DNA from: Negaprion brevirostris
Lineage: Eukaryota
NCBI GenBank assembly: GCA_030324005.1
Contig: JARDVH010000106.1
Span: forward strand, 45,552,931-45,616,712
Length of the DNA: 63,782 nucleotides
Direction: 5' to 3'
Shown here: positions 13,146-25,604 of the stretch, piece after piece
Layout of the letters: each line of letters begins with the position of its first letter
Position numbering within the stretch: the first letter of the stretch is position 1
Notes under the pieces: model-generated
Seen by the model: the letters and a program-made list of their open reading frames with translations, nothing else
The model's database searches: none
What the model was told of the DNA's origin: nothing
Program-made: the position numbers and the translations under genes

Positions 13146-14419
13146 TGAAGTGTCAATTAAGCATATAACTGGGGCTGAGCAGGCTTTCCCAGAGATGAAG
13201 CTATCCGTGACCAGAAGTCCCAGTACGGGACTGCTGGCCAATCAGTAGTTGGCAGTTCTATTAAACTGCAATGAGGAAACAAAGGACTATCACCAATACA
13301 ACAGTCTCTGTACTGAATCCAATGCCACAAGTGAATAATACTGACAGAGATTGTGGATGGAGGGATTTCAGGAGAGAAGGGGGTCCACAGTAAAGGCAGG
13401 TTTGTAGTTTTCCATAGGCTTGCCTTGCCAGATGCCAGGGCCCTCAATCAGGCACCGAGCGCCTTAAACCCCACTAGGGAGCACCACAAGCAACCTTGCA
13501 CAGACTTGCTTCTCGTGTCGGTGGGCTCTCTGTCTATCATGGGTTAATACCAGCAGCAGTGGATAAGGCCCTTAAGTAATTCCCCATTAGAGGTCCTCAA
13601 TTAGCAGCAGCTTGGGGAGGTTATCTGTGTGTCTTCCTGCCATGGACTTAATCAAGGTGGAGATGGGAAGGCTGAGATGCAGTTACCACTGATCAATTTC
13701 TCATTTGATTAAAGGGCACCAAAGTTGCCACAGAGGATGGCATTAAATTCTGCCCATTATATACTGATAGATACATGGAGGCAAACAAAATGGATCCTCC
13801 ATATAATTTATGGCAAGTCAAAACTTCAGCCTGACGAAAAGGATGCATGTATGGGACTACAACATTACAAATGTGAGGTTTATGAAGATGATGATGAAAT
13901 GTTGTTTGCGCCATCACCTTAGCCATCAACTGCAAAGTTCAAAATAATTTTCAAAAGTTAAAGATGGTTACAACATCATGCGGTGGGGGGCGGGCGCGTG
14001 GAGGGGCATGGAGGAACGACACAGGATTTGTTGGGGACGTGGTCCAAGATGTGTTTGTGGAGATTGAGATGTAAAACGTTGACGTGGATGGATTAATTGA
14101 TTTAACTATACTTATGTATAAATGAAGAGCCGCGGCGAAAGTGAGGGGAGAAAATGAAACTGATGACACAAAGTGGTGCAAAATACGTTCAAAATGAGAA
14201 ATGGAAAAAAACTCAGAACACAGAAATAGTGGTGAAGCTGTTTTTTTTTTCAGATGAAGAGAGCATGGAGGACTGCATATTACAAAGACCTTGTTCAAAA
14301 CTCAATTGCAGCAACTTGGATAAGACATGGTCAAGCAGCACTGAAGGAAAATGTGCTTTGAAATATAGCCAAGAAATTGAAACTTACATTGGGATGCAAG
14401 GTAATTGCAGAGCCAGGTA

Positions 14420-14660
14420 CCAAAAACACGAGAGCAATAGAACATATTGGAAAAACTCAGCAGGTCTAGCAGCAGTGAAAAGAGAAAGTGTTAACATTTC
14501 AGAGCCATGACCCTGCAGCAGAACGCTGCGCTAGTTGTAACAAAGGTCATTAACCTGAAAAATTATCTGTGTTTTCTCACTACAAATCTGCCACACCTGC
14601 TGAGAATGATCAGAATTTTCTATTTCTCTTGTCGGTTTTCATCATCCACAATGTTTGCTC
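14420..14660. mobile_element. Old palindromic Penelope-derived element (fold-back pLTR)
   Basis: Arms aaactcagcaggtctagcagc ... ctgccacacctgctgaga; homologous to 15350-15541 and 31578-32070. Confidence 0.6.
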
Positions 14661-14699
14661 AGTGCATCATAAAACTGTATAGCTGGGTTAGAAATATAA

Positions 14700-15050
14700 A
14701 TTCAGAGACAGGGTTGCATATTACTTTCCTCTCAAGCAGAATGGTTTAGCACATGTTGTTAGGAAATGGGCTGAGCACCAGGAGACCGAGGAGGGAAAAT
14801 GGATAGGTACTCCGGCTGGCAGGATGTGACTAATGGTGTCCCACAAGGATTTGTTTTGGGACTTCAGCATGTTCATCGAATTAATTAACCAGTTAGATGT
14901 TAGGGGAGGAAGCCACATATCCAAGACTACTGGTGACAAAGATAGAAGGCATTATAAACTGTGCAGATGGAAACTTACGGTGAGTGTAGAGTCAGTGAAT
15001 GAGCAAAACTGTGGTAGAAATGAGATATATGGCGAACATAATCAGCTTGA
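14700..15050 (+). mobile_element. Decayed CR1 RT fragment
   Basis: aatggtgtcccacaaggatttgttttggga reads NGVPQGFVLG (GVPQGSVLG motif). Confidence 0.7.
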
Positions 15051-15349
15051 AACAGGCAAAGGAATAGCTTTGTGCTATATGCTTTGTTTAATTGATAGAT
15101 GCTTTTTGGTTTTGATTCCCTTGGACAAACGTCGAGCAATGATTAATCTTAGGTAATGATGAATCTTAGGTAATAATGATAGGCTGGCATACTGTGCCAT
15201 AGTTCAATAAATGAACAAATAGATAACCCAATTACAAAACTGAGTAAGACTTTTCTTTTAACCTTGCTTATTTAGGATGCCTGCTGAAATGTAGAAATTA
15301 GTTGACTTATCAGAATAGAATGAGTTACATTAGTGAATCACAATACTTC

Positions 15350-15541
15350 AAAATAAAAACAGAAAATGCTGGAGAAACTCAGCAGATCTGACATCATCTG
15401 TGGAGAGAGAATAGAGATAACGTTTCAAGTCTGGATGACAGAGTCAGAGGATTGGCTCAGATGTTGTCAGACCTGCTGAGATCCTCCTGCATTTTCTGTT
15501 TTTTGTTAAAGATTCCAGCATCTGCAGCATTTTGCCTTTAC
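15350..15541. mobile_element. Palindromic Penelope-derived element
   Basis: aaaaacagaaaatgctggagaaactcagcagatctgacatcatctg is inverted against cagatgttgtcagacctgctgagatcctcctgcattttctgtttttt. Confidence 0.75.
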
Positions 15542-15843
15542 CATAGTTCAAAAGTTTAACAAGAAACAAGGACAGTGGACAGAATTGCCATAAAGGAAGA
15601 GCTCAATAACAGACCTTGTGAACAGCTCTGAGCATAAGTAAGTGATGATAGCACAAGAGGCGGATCATGAAACTTTTGGGAGTTAGTTTGACAGCCGGAG
15701 ATGGAATGCCACTCGCTGGGCAGCATGGAACTAATCAGGGAGAGTAGAAATGGTACAAAATAAGGAAAGGATAAGACAAAAACTTGATTATCACGAACAG
15801 AAGGTGCGTGCAAAAGTCAGGAAGTTAATGGCTGCTGCATAAC

Positions 15844-15931
15844 TTCACCTGATGAAGGGACAGTGCTTCGAAAGCTTATGCTACCAAATAAACCTGTTGG
15901 ACTTTAACCTGGCATTTTGAAACTTATACTG
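15844..15931 (+). mobile_element. 88-bp Penelope-type terminus consisting of hammerhead motif plus tail
   Basis: Flanked by direct repeat tgcataac (15836-15843 and 15932-15939); tail aaataaacctgttggactttaacctgg is homologous to 1578-1605. Confidence 0.75.
15846..15880 (+). ncRNA. Minimal type I hammerhead ribozyme motif (core intact)
   Basis: CAC-CTGATGA-AGGGACAGTGCTTC-GAAA-GCTT-ATG: canonical CUGAUGA and GAAA boxes, palindromic AAGCTT stem III, weakened stems I and II. Confidence 0.7.
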
Positions 15932-16188
15932 TGCATAACGTTAAAGGCAAGCTTTCACTCTATGGAATGGACATTTAGCTGCATTTTGATTGGGTAGATT
16001 GAAATAAAGTAAATCATTATAGGGTGATAAAGTCTTATCAATAATCCATCCAGGTGTCTGCTGCTTAAAAGAAAACAAGGAAGAGACTTTGGGCTGTTTT
16101 GCTGTAGATCAGTGAGGCATAAGAAGACTTCTAAAGAAGAGTGGTTCAGGATGACAAGACAATTTAGTACAGAAAGAACCGTAGAAAG

Positions 16189-16419
16189 GCAGAAAGGACG
16201 GCAGAAAGGACGGCAGAAAGGACGGCAGAAAGGACGGCAGAAAGGACGGCAGAAAGGACGGCAGNNNNNNNNNNNNNNNNNNNNNNNNNNNNNNNNNNNN
16301 NNNNNNNNNNNNNNNNNNNNNNNNNNNNNNNNNNNNNNNNNNNNNNNNNNNNNNNNNNNNNNNNGAAAGAACCGTAGAAAGAAAGAAAGAACCGTAGAAA
16401 GAAAGAAAGAAAGAAAGAA
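16189..16419. repeat. 12-bp minisatellite (gcagaaaggacg)n grading into (gaaa)n across a 100-N gap
   Basis: Six or more perfect units at 16189-16264; gaaa-rich units at 16365-16419. Confidence 0.95.
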
Positions 16420-16691
16420 CTGTTGCATTTGGCAAGATCTGGGCCAGTACTCACAGCAACTTTTCATTTAAAAAAATCATAGCTGTGCTCCTGAAAAACG
16501 TGGTATGAAGTGAATCATAGCTTCTTTTAGGAATCAATAGGAGTTAGGTTCCTTGGAATATTTTTTGCCAAGACAAATTGAAATACATATGCAATACTCT
16601 GCATTCGCAGCTGAAATAACTTGCAAAATAAATTGCTAAAGATCAAAGGAGTACTATACAAGTTCAAATTAGATCACACTCACTAGACTCT

Positions 16692-16990
16692 TTCTTCTTA
16701 GGGAGTCCTTTGGGTTCGGAGGTGACTTGCTGCTGCTCCAGTTCGATGGTGCTGAGATGAATGACAAATCCAATGCATGGTCGGCAGAAACTGCCACACA
16801 TGGGGTAGGTCTTGCTTGAAGGATCAGCAAGATGGGTTCTTTTTACACTTTCTCCACCACCTTAACTTCTCCTCAGCACATTCCAGGTGAAGTCTCAACT
16901 GTATTTGATGTTTTCACAAATGAATCTTCTCCCACTTTATTCAGTCACTGAGAGTTAGTGGAGATGTTTGACCTCCTCAAGGAGGACATA
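16692..16990 (-). mobile_element. RTE-clade LINE 3' end, decayed
   Basis: tcttcttagggagtcctttgggttcggaggtgacttgct resembles the reverse complement of RTE/BovB-type termini with a (GAA)-type tail. Confidence 0.5.
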
Positions 16991-18649
16991 CCTAAATTGC
17001 TTCAGTAATGGTGACTTTAAATGATTAATGTCTCACTCAGGTTTCTCACTGATTTTAAAAGGCCACTCTGCCTTCTGAGTTGCAGTGTTAAACATAAAGG
17101 CTGCAAGTTATCTCTGGAGTCAGGGTCCTGAAAGGTAAGTACTGTATTTTTCATGCAAAAATCCCCGAGACATGGAAAGCAATTTTATCTTGCGTACTGT
17201 ACAATAACAAATGTTGCATCTGTTAAATGACTTTAGAATGAGCCCTCTGCCTCACCTGATGGAAAGTTCTACAGCAACGGACACATCCTGGGGCACAAAC
17301 ATTAAAATCAGCTTGAAGAGTCAAGAAAAAGGGTATTTTCTGTGAGCAGGCCAGGTTTCAACTTCTTCCTTGCAAAAATAAATCCTGGTTTGTTTAGACA
17401 TTCTTCTTGGAAAAGCTTCAAAGTTTGAGAAAAAAAATTGGAGATTATTTTCAATGCAATTGAACCTCTCTCCTCATTTAATTCAGAAGGGCACCAATCA
17501 GAAGACCCAATTGTCAAGCTAATGAGCAACAGTGATACAAAGTGATGCAAAACAGTGCAGAACAATGATGTGCAGCAACAGTGCAAAGTAATGTAAAATC
17601 AGAACTGAAAACATAAATTGGGAATTCCAACCCAACTGTGGGCTTTAAAACAAAATTACTTAAAGAACATACTGCACTTGGCATGGCTGTACATTTGCAC
17701 CACAATTAGTATGTTATATTCCATCCTAAACACTGATTAAACTCAATATACCCACCAGCTTCGTTGCAGTTGATGCTAATTGAGTCGATGATAATGTCAA
17801 CTACTTCAATCATGAAACTTAGTACAAATGTGGGAAATTGCACGGTTGGCACACTGAGCTTAGCCACTTGGGATATCAAAAGGGCTGGAATACTATTCCC
17901 TGACGTCCTCTCCTGCCTTTGCATGGAATAGATCCGTGGAGCAGGATGGTATTGTAAAATTGAGTAATCAGGTAACATGGCAAGGTAGATTTCCAGCAAC
18001 TCTTCTGCAGGTTAGTCATTTGAGGCCCCATGGGGGTAGGGGCATTGTAAAGAGACAGGGAGGATCTTAGGGCAGTGTCCTTTCTTTTCATTAAATTTTG
18101 ATTTGGCATGTGTGTCAATCAAGTTAATAAACAACTGCCAAATATGGCTAAAGTCATCAGCAATGCGCATACTGTTCGCATATACTCTTCCTGAAACATC
18201 TTGGAAGCAAGTCATCTTCTTCTTTATGCTAATATGTCAAACTACAACATTTTTGAAAGGAAATATTCAGAGCATTGAAGATTGCTAACCATTTCTTTGA
18301 TTTTTACCAAATGATGCTGACATGCAAGGTAATATTACCTTTTTGAAACACTCTGCCCATTTGTTACATTAATTCTAACTCCTAGATTTAGCTTAAATTT
18401 AGCCTTTTTTTTCTATTTCCACATTACAGTTGCAAATAGCTTCCAGTTTGGGCATCTTATTTCAAATATTTCTCATATTCATGGAATTCTTGATCTGTTT
18501 CATTACAGGTTGACTTCTTTGCAAGGCCTCCAGTGTCTGCCTATTTTTGATTTTAGTTTACAGGCATGTATAATTATCTCCAAATGTGGAGACAGAAGGG
18601 CTTTGAAGAATGAATTATTGTAGGATAACCAATGAACACCAGAAAAGTT

Positions 18650-19660
18650 TCAAATTATTGGAGATAGGTTAATCTGGTGGCCACTTTTGAAGAGTTTAAG
18701 AAACATATTATTCTCTCTTCTGTTCCAAAAAATTTAGAAATATTTAAGAGCGAATTTGAGGGCGATATGTGGAACAATAGCCTAGAGCCAGCATATTCAA
18801 AATGGTCAACCGGACTGCCATAAGTGCTATGATTTGGTTTAGGTAGATTTCTAAAAGATATTTGATAAAATATCATATAAAAGGCTATTAATTAAGCTCA
18901 TGTGTTGATGGGTTTCAGGGCAATACCTGAAAATTACTGATGGGTAGAAAACAAATATTTGTTTGTGGTTTCTATAATGTGCCTTGGAGTGTTTTACTTG
19001 CTGTTGAGTCATGCCAGAATGCAATTAAGCAATGAGGAAGGGTAATCAACAAGATGCTTAGAAATAACAATGAGTTCAATAAGATATGCATAATGGGAGA
19101 TTAAATTTTAATGCAGAAGAGTGTTAAGTCTAAATACAAGGAAAGATAGACAGGAAACATATTCCAAGAATGGCACTGAAATAGCCTGGGACAAAGTGGC
19201 AGAAAACCTAGTCTCGGTACACTTGGCACTAGAAATATCGAACGGCAATCAATGCAGCTGTGAAGGGATACCTGTCAATATTGGCATGATCATACTGCAT
19301 ATTATCTATCAGACTGCATTCACTTCTGCTCATTAAGAAATGAGAACAACATCTGGAGCAAGTGCAGAAAAAGGGCCAAAATGTTGATCTCCTACTGCCA
19401 TAGGTCTGAATTCTAAGGAAAGATGAAAGAAACAAGCTTAAGGCAAGAAAATAGTCATCCATGAGTTGATCTCATCAAGGTGCAAGATTTTTAATGGTAG
19501 ACCATAGAATATTTCTTCAAACAAAATGGCATTCAATACAGCAACACAAAGAAAAGCAACTAGTAAAACCATAATTTTAAGAATGATACCTCAAATTCTC
19601 TTCAGAAGATGTGGAATCATTTTCTCGAGTCACTTAAGGAACAAGTGGGCATTAAAGAGG
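18650..19660 (+). mobile_element. Highly decayed CR1 LINE
   Basis: gtagatttctaaaagatatttgataaaatatcatataaaaggcta is a relic of the DFQKAFDKV.H.RL RT motif; leqvqkra-like segment near 19355. Confidence 0.65.
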
Positions 19661-20962
19661 GAAACACTCCACTACATGTCTGACAAAATAACAGATTTAA
19701 ATGATGCTCAACGTTGGCCATGTTTCGGGGATGACAAGGTATCAAAGCAAAAAAAAAAAAATCGAGATTTGGTCAATTTTCAGTGTTCCACGTTTGCCTT
19801 GCAAATATGGTAATTGGCTTCCATTTTATCTGTTAGGAACTTGTTGGATTTTCACATTAATCAATCATTAAATTTGCTGCAAAACGTTAGGGCTCCTCAT
19901 CATTAAATTAATTAATTAATTTCCAATACTAATAGTTGTGAATGCAAAGACACTCAATACTCCACCCGGCAAAAGGAACAATTTAAACTTCTGAGCATCA
20001 TTGCTGCTTGTAGTGAATTTTTCTTGGTGATTGCAGAAGTTTCAACTTTTGTTACTCTCCTGCCTTTTTCTCTTTCTCATAACCAATTTTCTGTTTCCAT
20101 TTTTATCTTTGTACCTAATTTGACTTTACTTCAGCCTTCAACATAATTTGTCAGTTTTTTGGCCTCAGTCCGCAAGTCGTGTTGGTTAAATAGATATTGA
20201 ATAACTGGACCAACAATTTTAAGGTTTTGAAAATTATGCTTAAGCTGAAAGCCCAACTCAGCAAGATTTGGTCTATTCTGATTTATCTGAAATCAAGATG
20301 GAATGAATGGCTTTCTTCAACTGTAAATCAATCCTGTCATCTTTAACATCTTCAAATTTAAAGAGACAGGCTTTATATAGTGTGATATAGAAAATGGCTC
20401 AGTCCTGTAGACCACACCCTTCCCTACAGGCATTTTCCTTACCTCAACCAAATTATCCAATAGGTACCATGAAGGCTAATCAAGCTTGAATTAATACAAA
20501 TACAGGTTTTAATTTCAATTGAAATTCACCTTAAATCATAAGAAGTCCAGTGGTGCAGAGATACTGCCAGAATATTGCCTTTCAGCAGTAATTATGAGAT
20601 TCCGTTCATGACCACACTAGAGCTAAGCACATTTTAGAATCAAGTCAGTGCATTCACCATGGCCCAATTAATTGTACCATCTTAGTCACAGTGACAGGAT
20701 AAGCTCCACACAGTCTGATCATCAAAAGCAAGGAATTCAATCCCTGTTCAAACCGGAAGACTTAGGGCACCCTACCCAAAGTAAAAAAACCATGATGCCG
20801 TACTGTGACTGAGCGAATAATCGTCAAGGACTTGCCTTTGGGAAGAGAACTTGCGAAGGAAACGAAGAAGTCCATACGACTGCAAGGATCAACATTTAAG
20901 AATTGAGAGATGAACCACAGGACAATCTTGGATTTATAGCGATTCCTCTATAAAGGTTTATG

Positions 20963-21110
20963 ACGCCTCATGGTGCCAGAGACCAAGGTTCGATTCCCAG
21001 CTTGGGTCACTGTCTGTACATGGAGTTCGCACATTCTCCTTGTGTCTGCATGTGCTTCCTCCCACATTCCAAAAATATGCATGTTAGGTTGATTGGACAT
21101 GCTAAATTGT
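20963..21110 (+). mobile_element. HE1/V-SINE-type tRNA-derived SINE, truncated
   Basis: B-box ggttcgattcc, core gtcactgtctgt..ggagttcgcacattctcc, gttaggttgattggacatgctaaattg; seven homologous copies in the window. Confidence 0.85.
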
Positions 21111-22017
21111 TTCTTTATATTTGTTTTGCTCCTTGTTCATGTAACATCCTCACAAATGTAAGAAAACAGTGTCAGAACGGAAATACACAATTTATTGACT
21201 GCACATTTTTTAAAAGCCAGACCTCCAAACACCACCACCCCCACCCCCCACCGACTCCCAACCTGTGGACTTTCCTTTGAGTTGGCTAATCATAACAATT
21301 GTATAAAATCATGAACTACTTAATTAAATTGGGAGCAACTGCATCTCTTGAGACACTGTAAAAACACCAAAGGACTTTAAAAGATTTTTTGATATCCTAA
21401 TAAATGGACTATGTCACGTGTCACCTTCAAAACATGTTTNNNNNNNNNNNNNNNNNNNNAATAAAAACACATTTTAATAGTCTGAGACATCTATTCATTT
21501 GCAGAAAATTGTTACATTCTTATGGCATAACAGAGAGGACTTCATGACATTGAAATTTCCTTAAATCAGACACTATCACAAAAAAACTCTACTTGCAACA
21601 TAATTACTTTTTTCAAAGGAAAATGTCTATAATTAAATTATTAAAAAGGCACCAAAAGGAATTCCAAACATTACAGAATTCACAGTGCCTTGATCATACT
21701 GTGCACAATTCTCCATTGACACTTTTGTGGTACGCTCATAAAAAATAGACACAGATAAACAAAAACTAACCTCTCATGCAGAAAATTACAATTTCAATTT
21801 TTAAAAAATGGTTGGTTTGTAAATACTTATTTTTACCAACCTGTCCTCCAACATTAATCCCCTTGAAATCTTTTCATTTGCTCATTCTCTAAAATTGATA
21901 ATGTTGGTTTAAAGGGCTTTGCACGTCCCAGGTCTGAAGGATTCGCTTACAAGCCACATTTGGTGATTTGGTCTTAAAGTGGATAATCTCAATGAAAATA
22001 CTTCAGTTGAGTCATAG

Positions 22018-22795
22018 CCATAGAGGTATATGGCAGAGAAAAAGGGCCCTTTGGTCCATTGTGTTTGCGCTGGTCAAAGACAAACAGCCTAACTATTCGA
22101 ATCCCATTCTCCACTTGGCCCATAGCCTTGTACGCCTGGGCATCGCAAGTGCACACCTAATTACTTAAAAGACAGAGTTCAAGACTCCTATCATCCTTTT
22201 GGTATGTGGTAGCATAGCCCCTTTAAATGGGCATTCCTTGAGAGCCATGTGATCAGGTCAGACGCTATGGAGTGTTAAGGCAGGAAGCTGAGCCAAATCA
22301 AGTGCAAGGACATGTATCCCAGGTTGGAGACAATCCTCAGCCGGAGCCAGGGAGGAGTGTTTTTCAGTCGCATAGTTATTCTGCTTGACCCTATTAGTGT
22401 AAATGTTTATTTGTTAGCAATCAAGCTTTTTGTTACTCAAGCCTCATCAAGTCAGCCTCAATTTATTATGGGGTGAAAAAAACTTTTCCTCACATCTCCT
22501 GTAAACATCCAGCCCTTTACCTAATCTATGCCCCTCTAAGTCATTGATCCCTTCACCAAGGGGGAAAAAAAAATTCCTGTCTCTTCTATGCCTTTAATTT
22601 TATAGATCTCAATCAATTTTCCATTCACTCTCCTCTGCTCCAAAAAAGTCAACCAGTCTATCCAGTCCCGCATCATAACTAAAACTCTCCTGCGCAGGCA
22701 ACATCCTCGTAAATCGCCTCTGCACCCTTTCCAACGCTATCACATCCACTCTATAAACGTGGATTCCAAAACTGCACACAATACTCTAGCAATGA
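22018..22795 (-). mobile_element. CR1 LINE 3' portion interrupted by a solo LTR
   Basis: ggattccaaaactgcacacaatactctagc is the reverse of LEYCVQFWNP; 3' tail near 22020. Confidence 0.75.
22205..22469 (+). mobile_element. Probable solo LTR (Gypsy-type)
   Basis: ~265-bp block starting TGT (tgtggtagcatagcccctttaa) that cleanly splits the CR1 phrase atcatcctttgg|gtgaaaaaaacttttcctc; the terminal CA is not preserved. Confidence 0.5.
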
Positions 22796-24639
22796 CTACT
22801 TTAATATCAAAAATACATAATTCTTGTTATCTTAAGTTTTTAAGTAGTAGGCAACCATCCAACTGTTTCATGGCAGCTTTATTATTTCGCACCCCATCCT
22901 GGCTCGAGGGCTGATACAACTACATCTTCCTTTTTAGTTCTGTGGCATGTTTTTAAAAACAAAACAGGAATTATCCAGTACATCAGCATTCATCATAACT
23001 TGCATTAAACTCTTCTACAACCCAATAATTCTGAATCTGTCGATCTTCTTTCCTGTTAGCGTTTCCTGAAATTTTGTGGTCTTTGATTTATATACCTTGG
23101 GAGGTTATATTAGTCCAATCGGTCTGTTCCATTCATCATTTTGAAAATTCTTATCAAATTTTATTCTCTGCATTGCCCCTCCCCCCACTCTGCATTTTCT
23201 CACAAAATACAAGTGCCTTTTCTCATTAACTGTGGTTTCTCATTTCTGTCCTGGTAAATCTGCATTATGATTCTCCCAAGGGTACTATATTCTTCCTACT
23301 TCATATTTGAGAGAAACAGTTTCAAAACTCAGTAAAATGAATTGTTCAAATGATCTAATGTTCAGAATTCCTCCTGGACTAAGTACAGAAAAAGAATAAG
23401 GAACTCTAAGATCAAACATTTGATGCTAAATAGTCTATTTTGTTTCCAATTATTGTCCCAAGAATATCTAAAATTGCATTATTTCATAATGGATTATTGG
23501 TTCTGATTGATTCCAAATGTACTTAAATGCATCAGATCTGGAAAATTAGAACACAAAATTTAGCATGCTCATTTCTCCTGCCCCAACAACATCCTCACAT
23601 GCATAGTTAAAAGCAGAAATGGATCAGTTTAATCAAATTGACCATCGTCCAATCCACAGGTTAAGTGCAATTTTCAAAGGCTAACAGGCAAAGGATTTGC
23701 TTCTTCCAAATTCTGAGACATCCTGATTCATCCTGTGCCTCGAAACGGTGTAATTGCACATCATGAAGAAAGTGAATTGAAACGTCAGCAGATGCTTTGT
23801 TCCTTCAGGAGGGAAGAGATACAGATTTGATTACAGATATGTTTCTCATCATTTCTAATTTAAATATTCCTCTACGGGTTTGCTATTATGACAGTGGAGC
23901 TCTGTGGTCCAACTCCAATGCTTTATACCATGATAGTTACCTTATAAGCAAGTTCAACTTTTGTCAGAGTTTTCAAATCCTGGGCAACAAGCCATGAAAA
24001 AAATTGATAAATTTTGCGTCAAAAATTGACTTGGCACAAGAATATTTTAATTATTTAAAGCCGATGCAAGAAAAAAAAACAGATTTCTGGAAAAGTTATA
24101 TTCAGGTACCACAACTTGGCTGTATTAGGTGCAATGTATATTCACTGAAACCAAAATGAAACAATCAACTCAGAAACAGTTGATATAATCAGAAATCATT
24201 TATGTACAAAAGTAGATAGAGCTATTTAATAAGACCAACAGTGATGCTATCAGTTTTCATTGTTTTTCAACAGTAAAATTGGACAGCAAATTTCAGCATT
24301 CACACATGCACAATTAAAAGCAGAAATCAGTTGCTGATCAGGTTCTCCACAAGCTTTGTTGCACCAATATCTTGCCAAGCAACTTGGCATTAAGAATGGT
24401 GTCAAGCTAAAGCACTTAATCACTTGAAACATAATAATAATGGGTTGTCCATTCAGTTGTGAATGTATTTAATAGCATGGCGAGTCTTAATTACTGCCAA
24501 AGAATCTCTCTGGTAAAAAACATTTACTTTTACAAGTCTCATTCCTTCAGATTTTAATCGAACTTGAACTTCAGCTTTACTGAGAGGTCTCAATGAATTG
24601 CAAGCTGAATAAACCAGAAATTTGGGTAATTTACAAGAG

Positions 24640-24890
24640 AAGCAAAAGCAATGAGAAGGAAATATTTTTTGCAGAGTGGAAGATCTGAACTGCACTGCCC
24701 GAGTGTGGAGAGGAGGTAAGTTCAATCAAGGCATTCAAAGAGAATTGGACTGGCCTCTGAAATTATACGTGCAAGGTGTTGGAAAGAAGGCAGGAAAATG
24801 AGACAAAGTAAACTGCTCATTTGAAGAGCTGATGAAGACATGATGGGCCGAATGCTCCTTTCTGTGCTGTAGCGACTTTGCAATTTTATC
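24640..24890 (+). mobile_element. CR1 LINE 3' end
   Basis: gcattcaaagagaattggac...tgatgggccgaatgctcctttctgtgctgtag is a CR1 3' UTR stem/tail. Confidence 0.75.
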
Positions 24891-25604
24891 ATGTCTACTT
24901 GAATATTGATGGCTGGAGGGAGTTTCCTGGCGGTAATATTTGATCTACAGTGCTCAGCTCAAATGTCAACTCAGCTCAGCCTGTAGCTAGTGACAAAAAT
25001 GATTTCTTAAAAATTTGTTTTGGTAGCCACCGTTCCAGGTGTCAATGTTTGCCAGAAAACTCCCTCTGGCTGTAAACATTCAAACAGACTTCGATTTATT
25101 TTGGTTTCATACTTCAGTGACAATTGACTATCAAACAACATTTTTGCTGTTCAAACAAAACCACAAATCACCTCTGGCCTCCAGCTATAAAACTCAAATT
25201 TCTATGAAGTGGAGCATTGAGCAGTCAGGTGTGGCTTCAGCCTAGGAAACAAAAAAGTTAACCTACTTGCCCCAAGGAAATAATTGGGTTTAAAAATTAT
25301 GTCAAATTTGGAAACAAACTGTCGAGGTTTCAAGATATACAGTTATCTTAGCCTTGGAGGAGTTTAAATGATAGTAATGATCTATTTTAGGACTAAGATA
25401 TTGCTTTTTAAAAATGTAATAATTTCACCATGTACAATACTTCTGAAGGCTAAATTGAGAGATTATGGCATCATAACGTAGTCTAAAACCAAATGTTGCA
25501 CAGGCTCAGACCAGTTAACCTGGATATTTTATCAATCGCTTTCTTAAAGATCCAAGCAAAATAAACTCCTTGAAGACTCAGGGAATAGGGACACACCAAT
25601 ACTT

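Noticed and set aside
17308-18288. Cluster of overlapping short ORFs, considered as an exon or endogenous viral element
   Set aside because: No motif in any frame and no consistent strand or frame.
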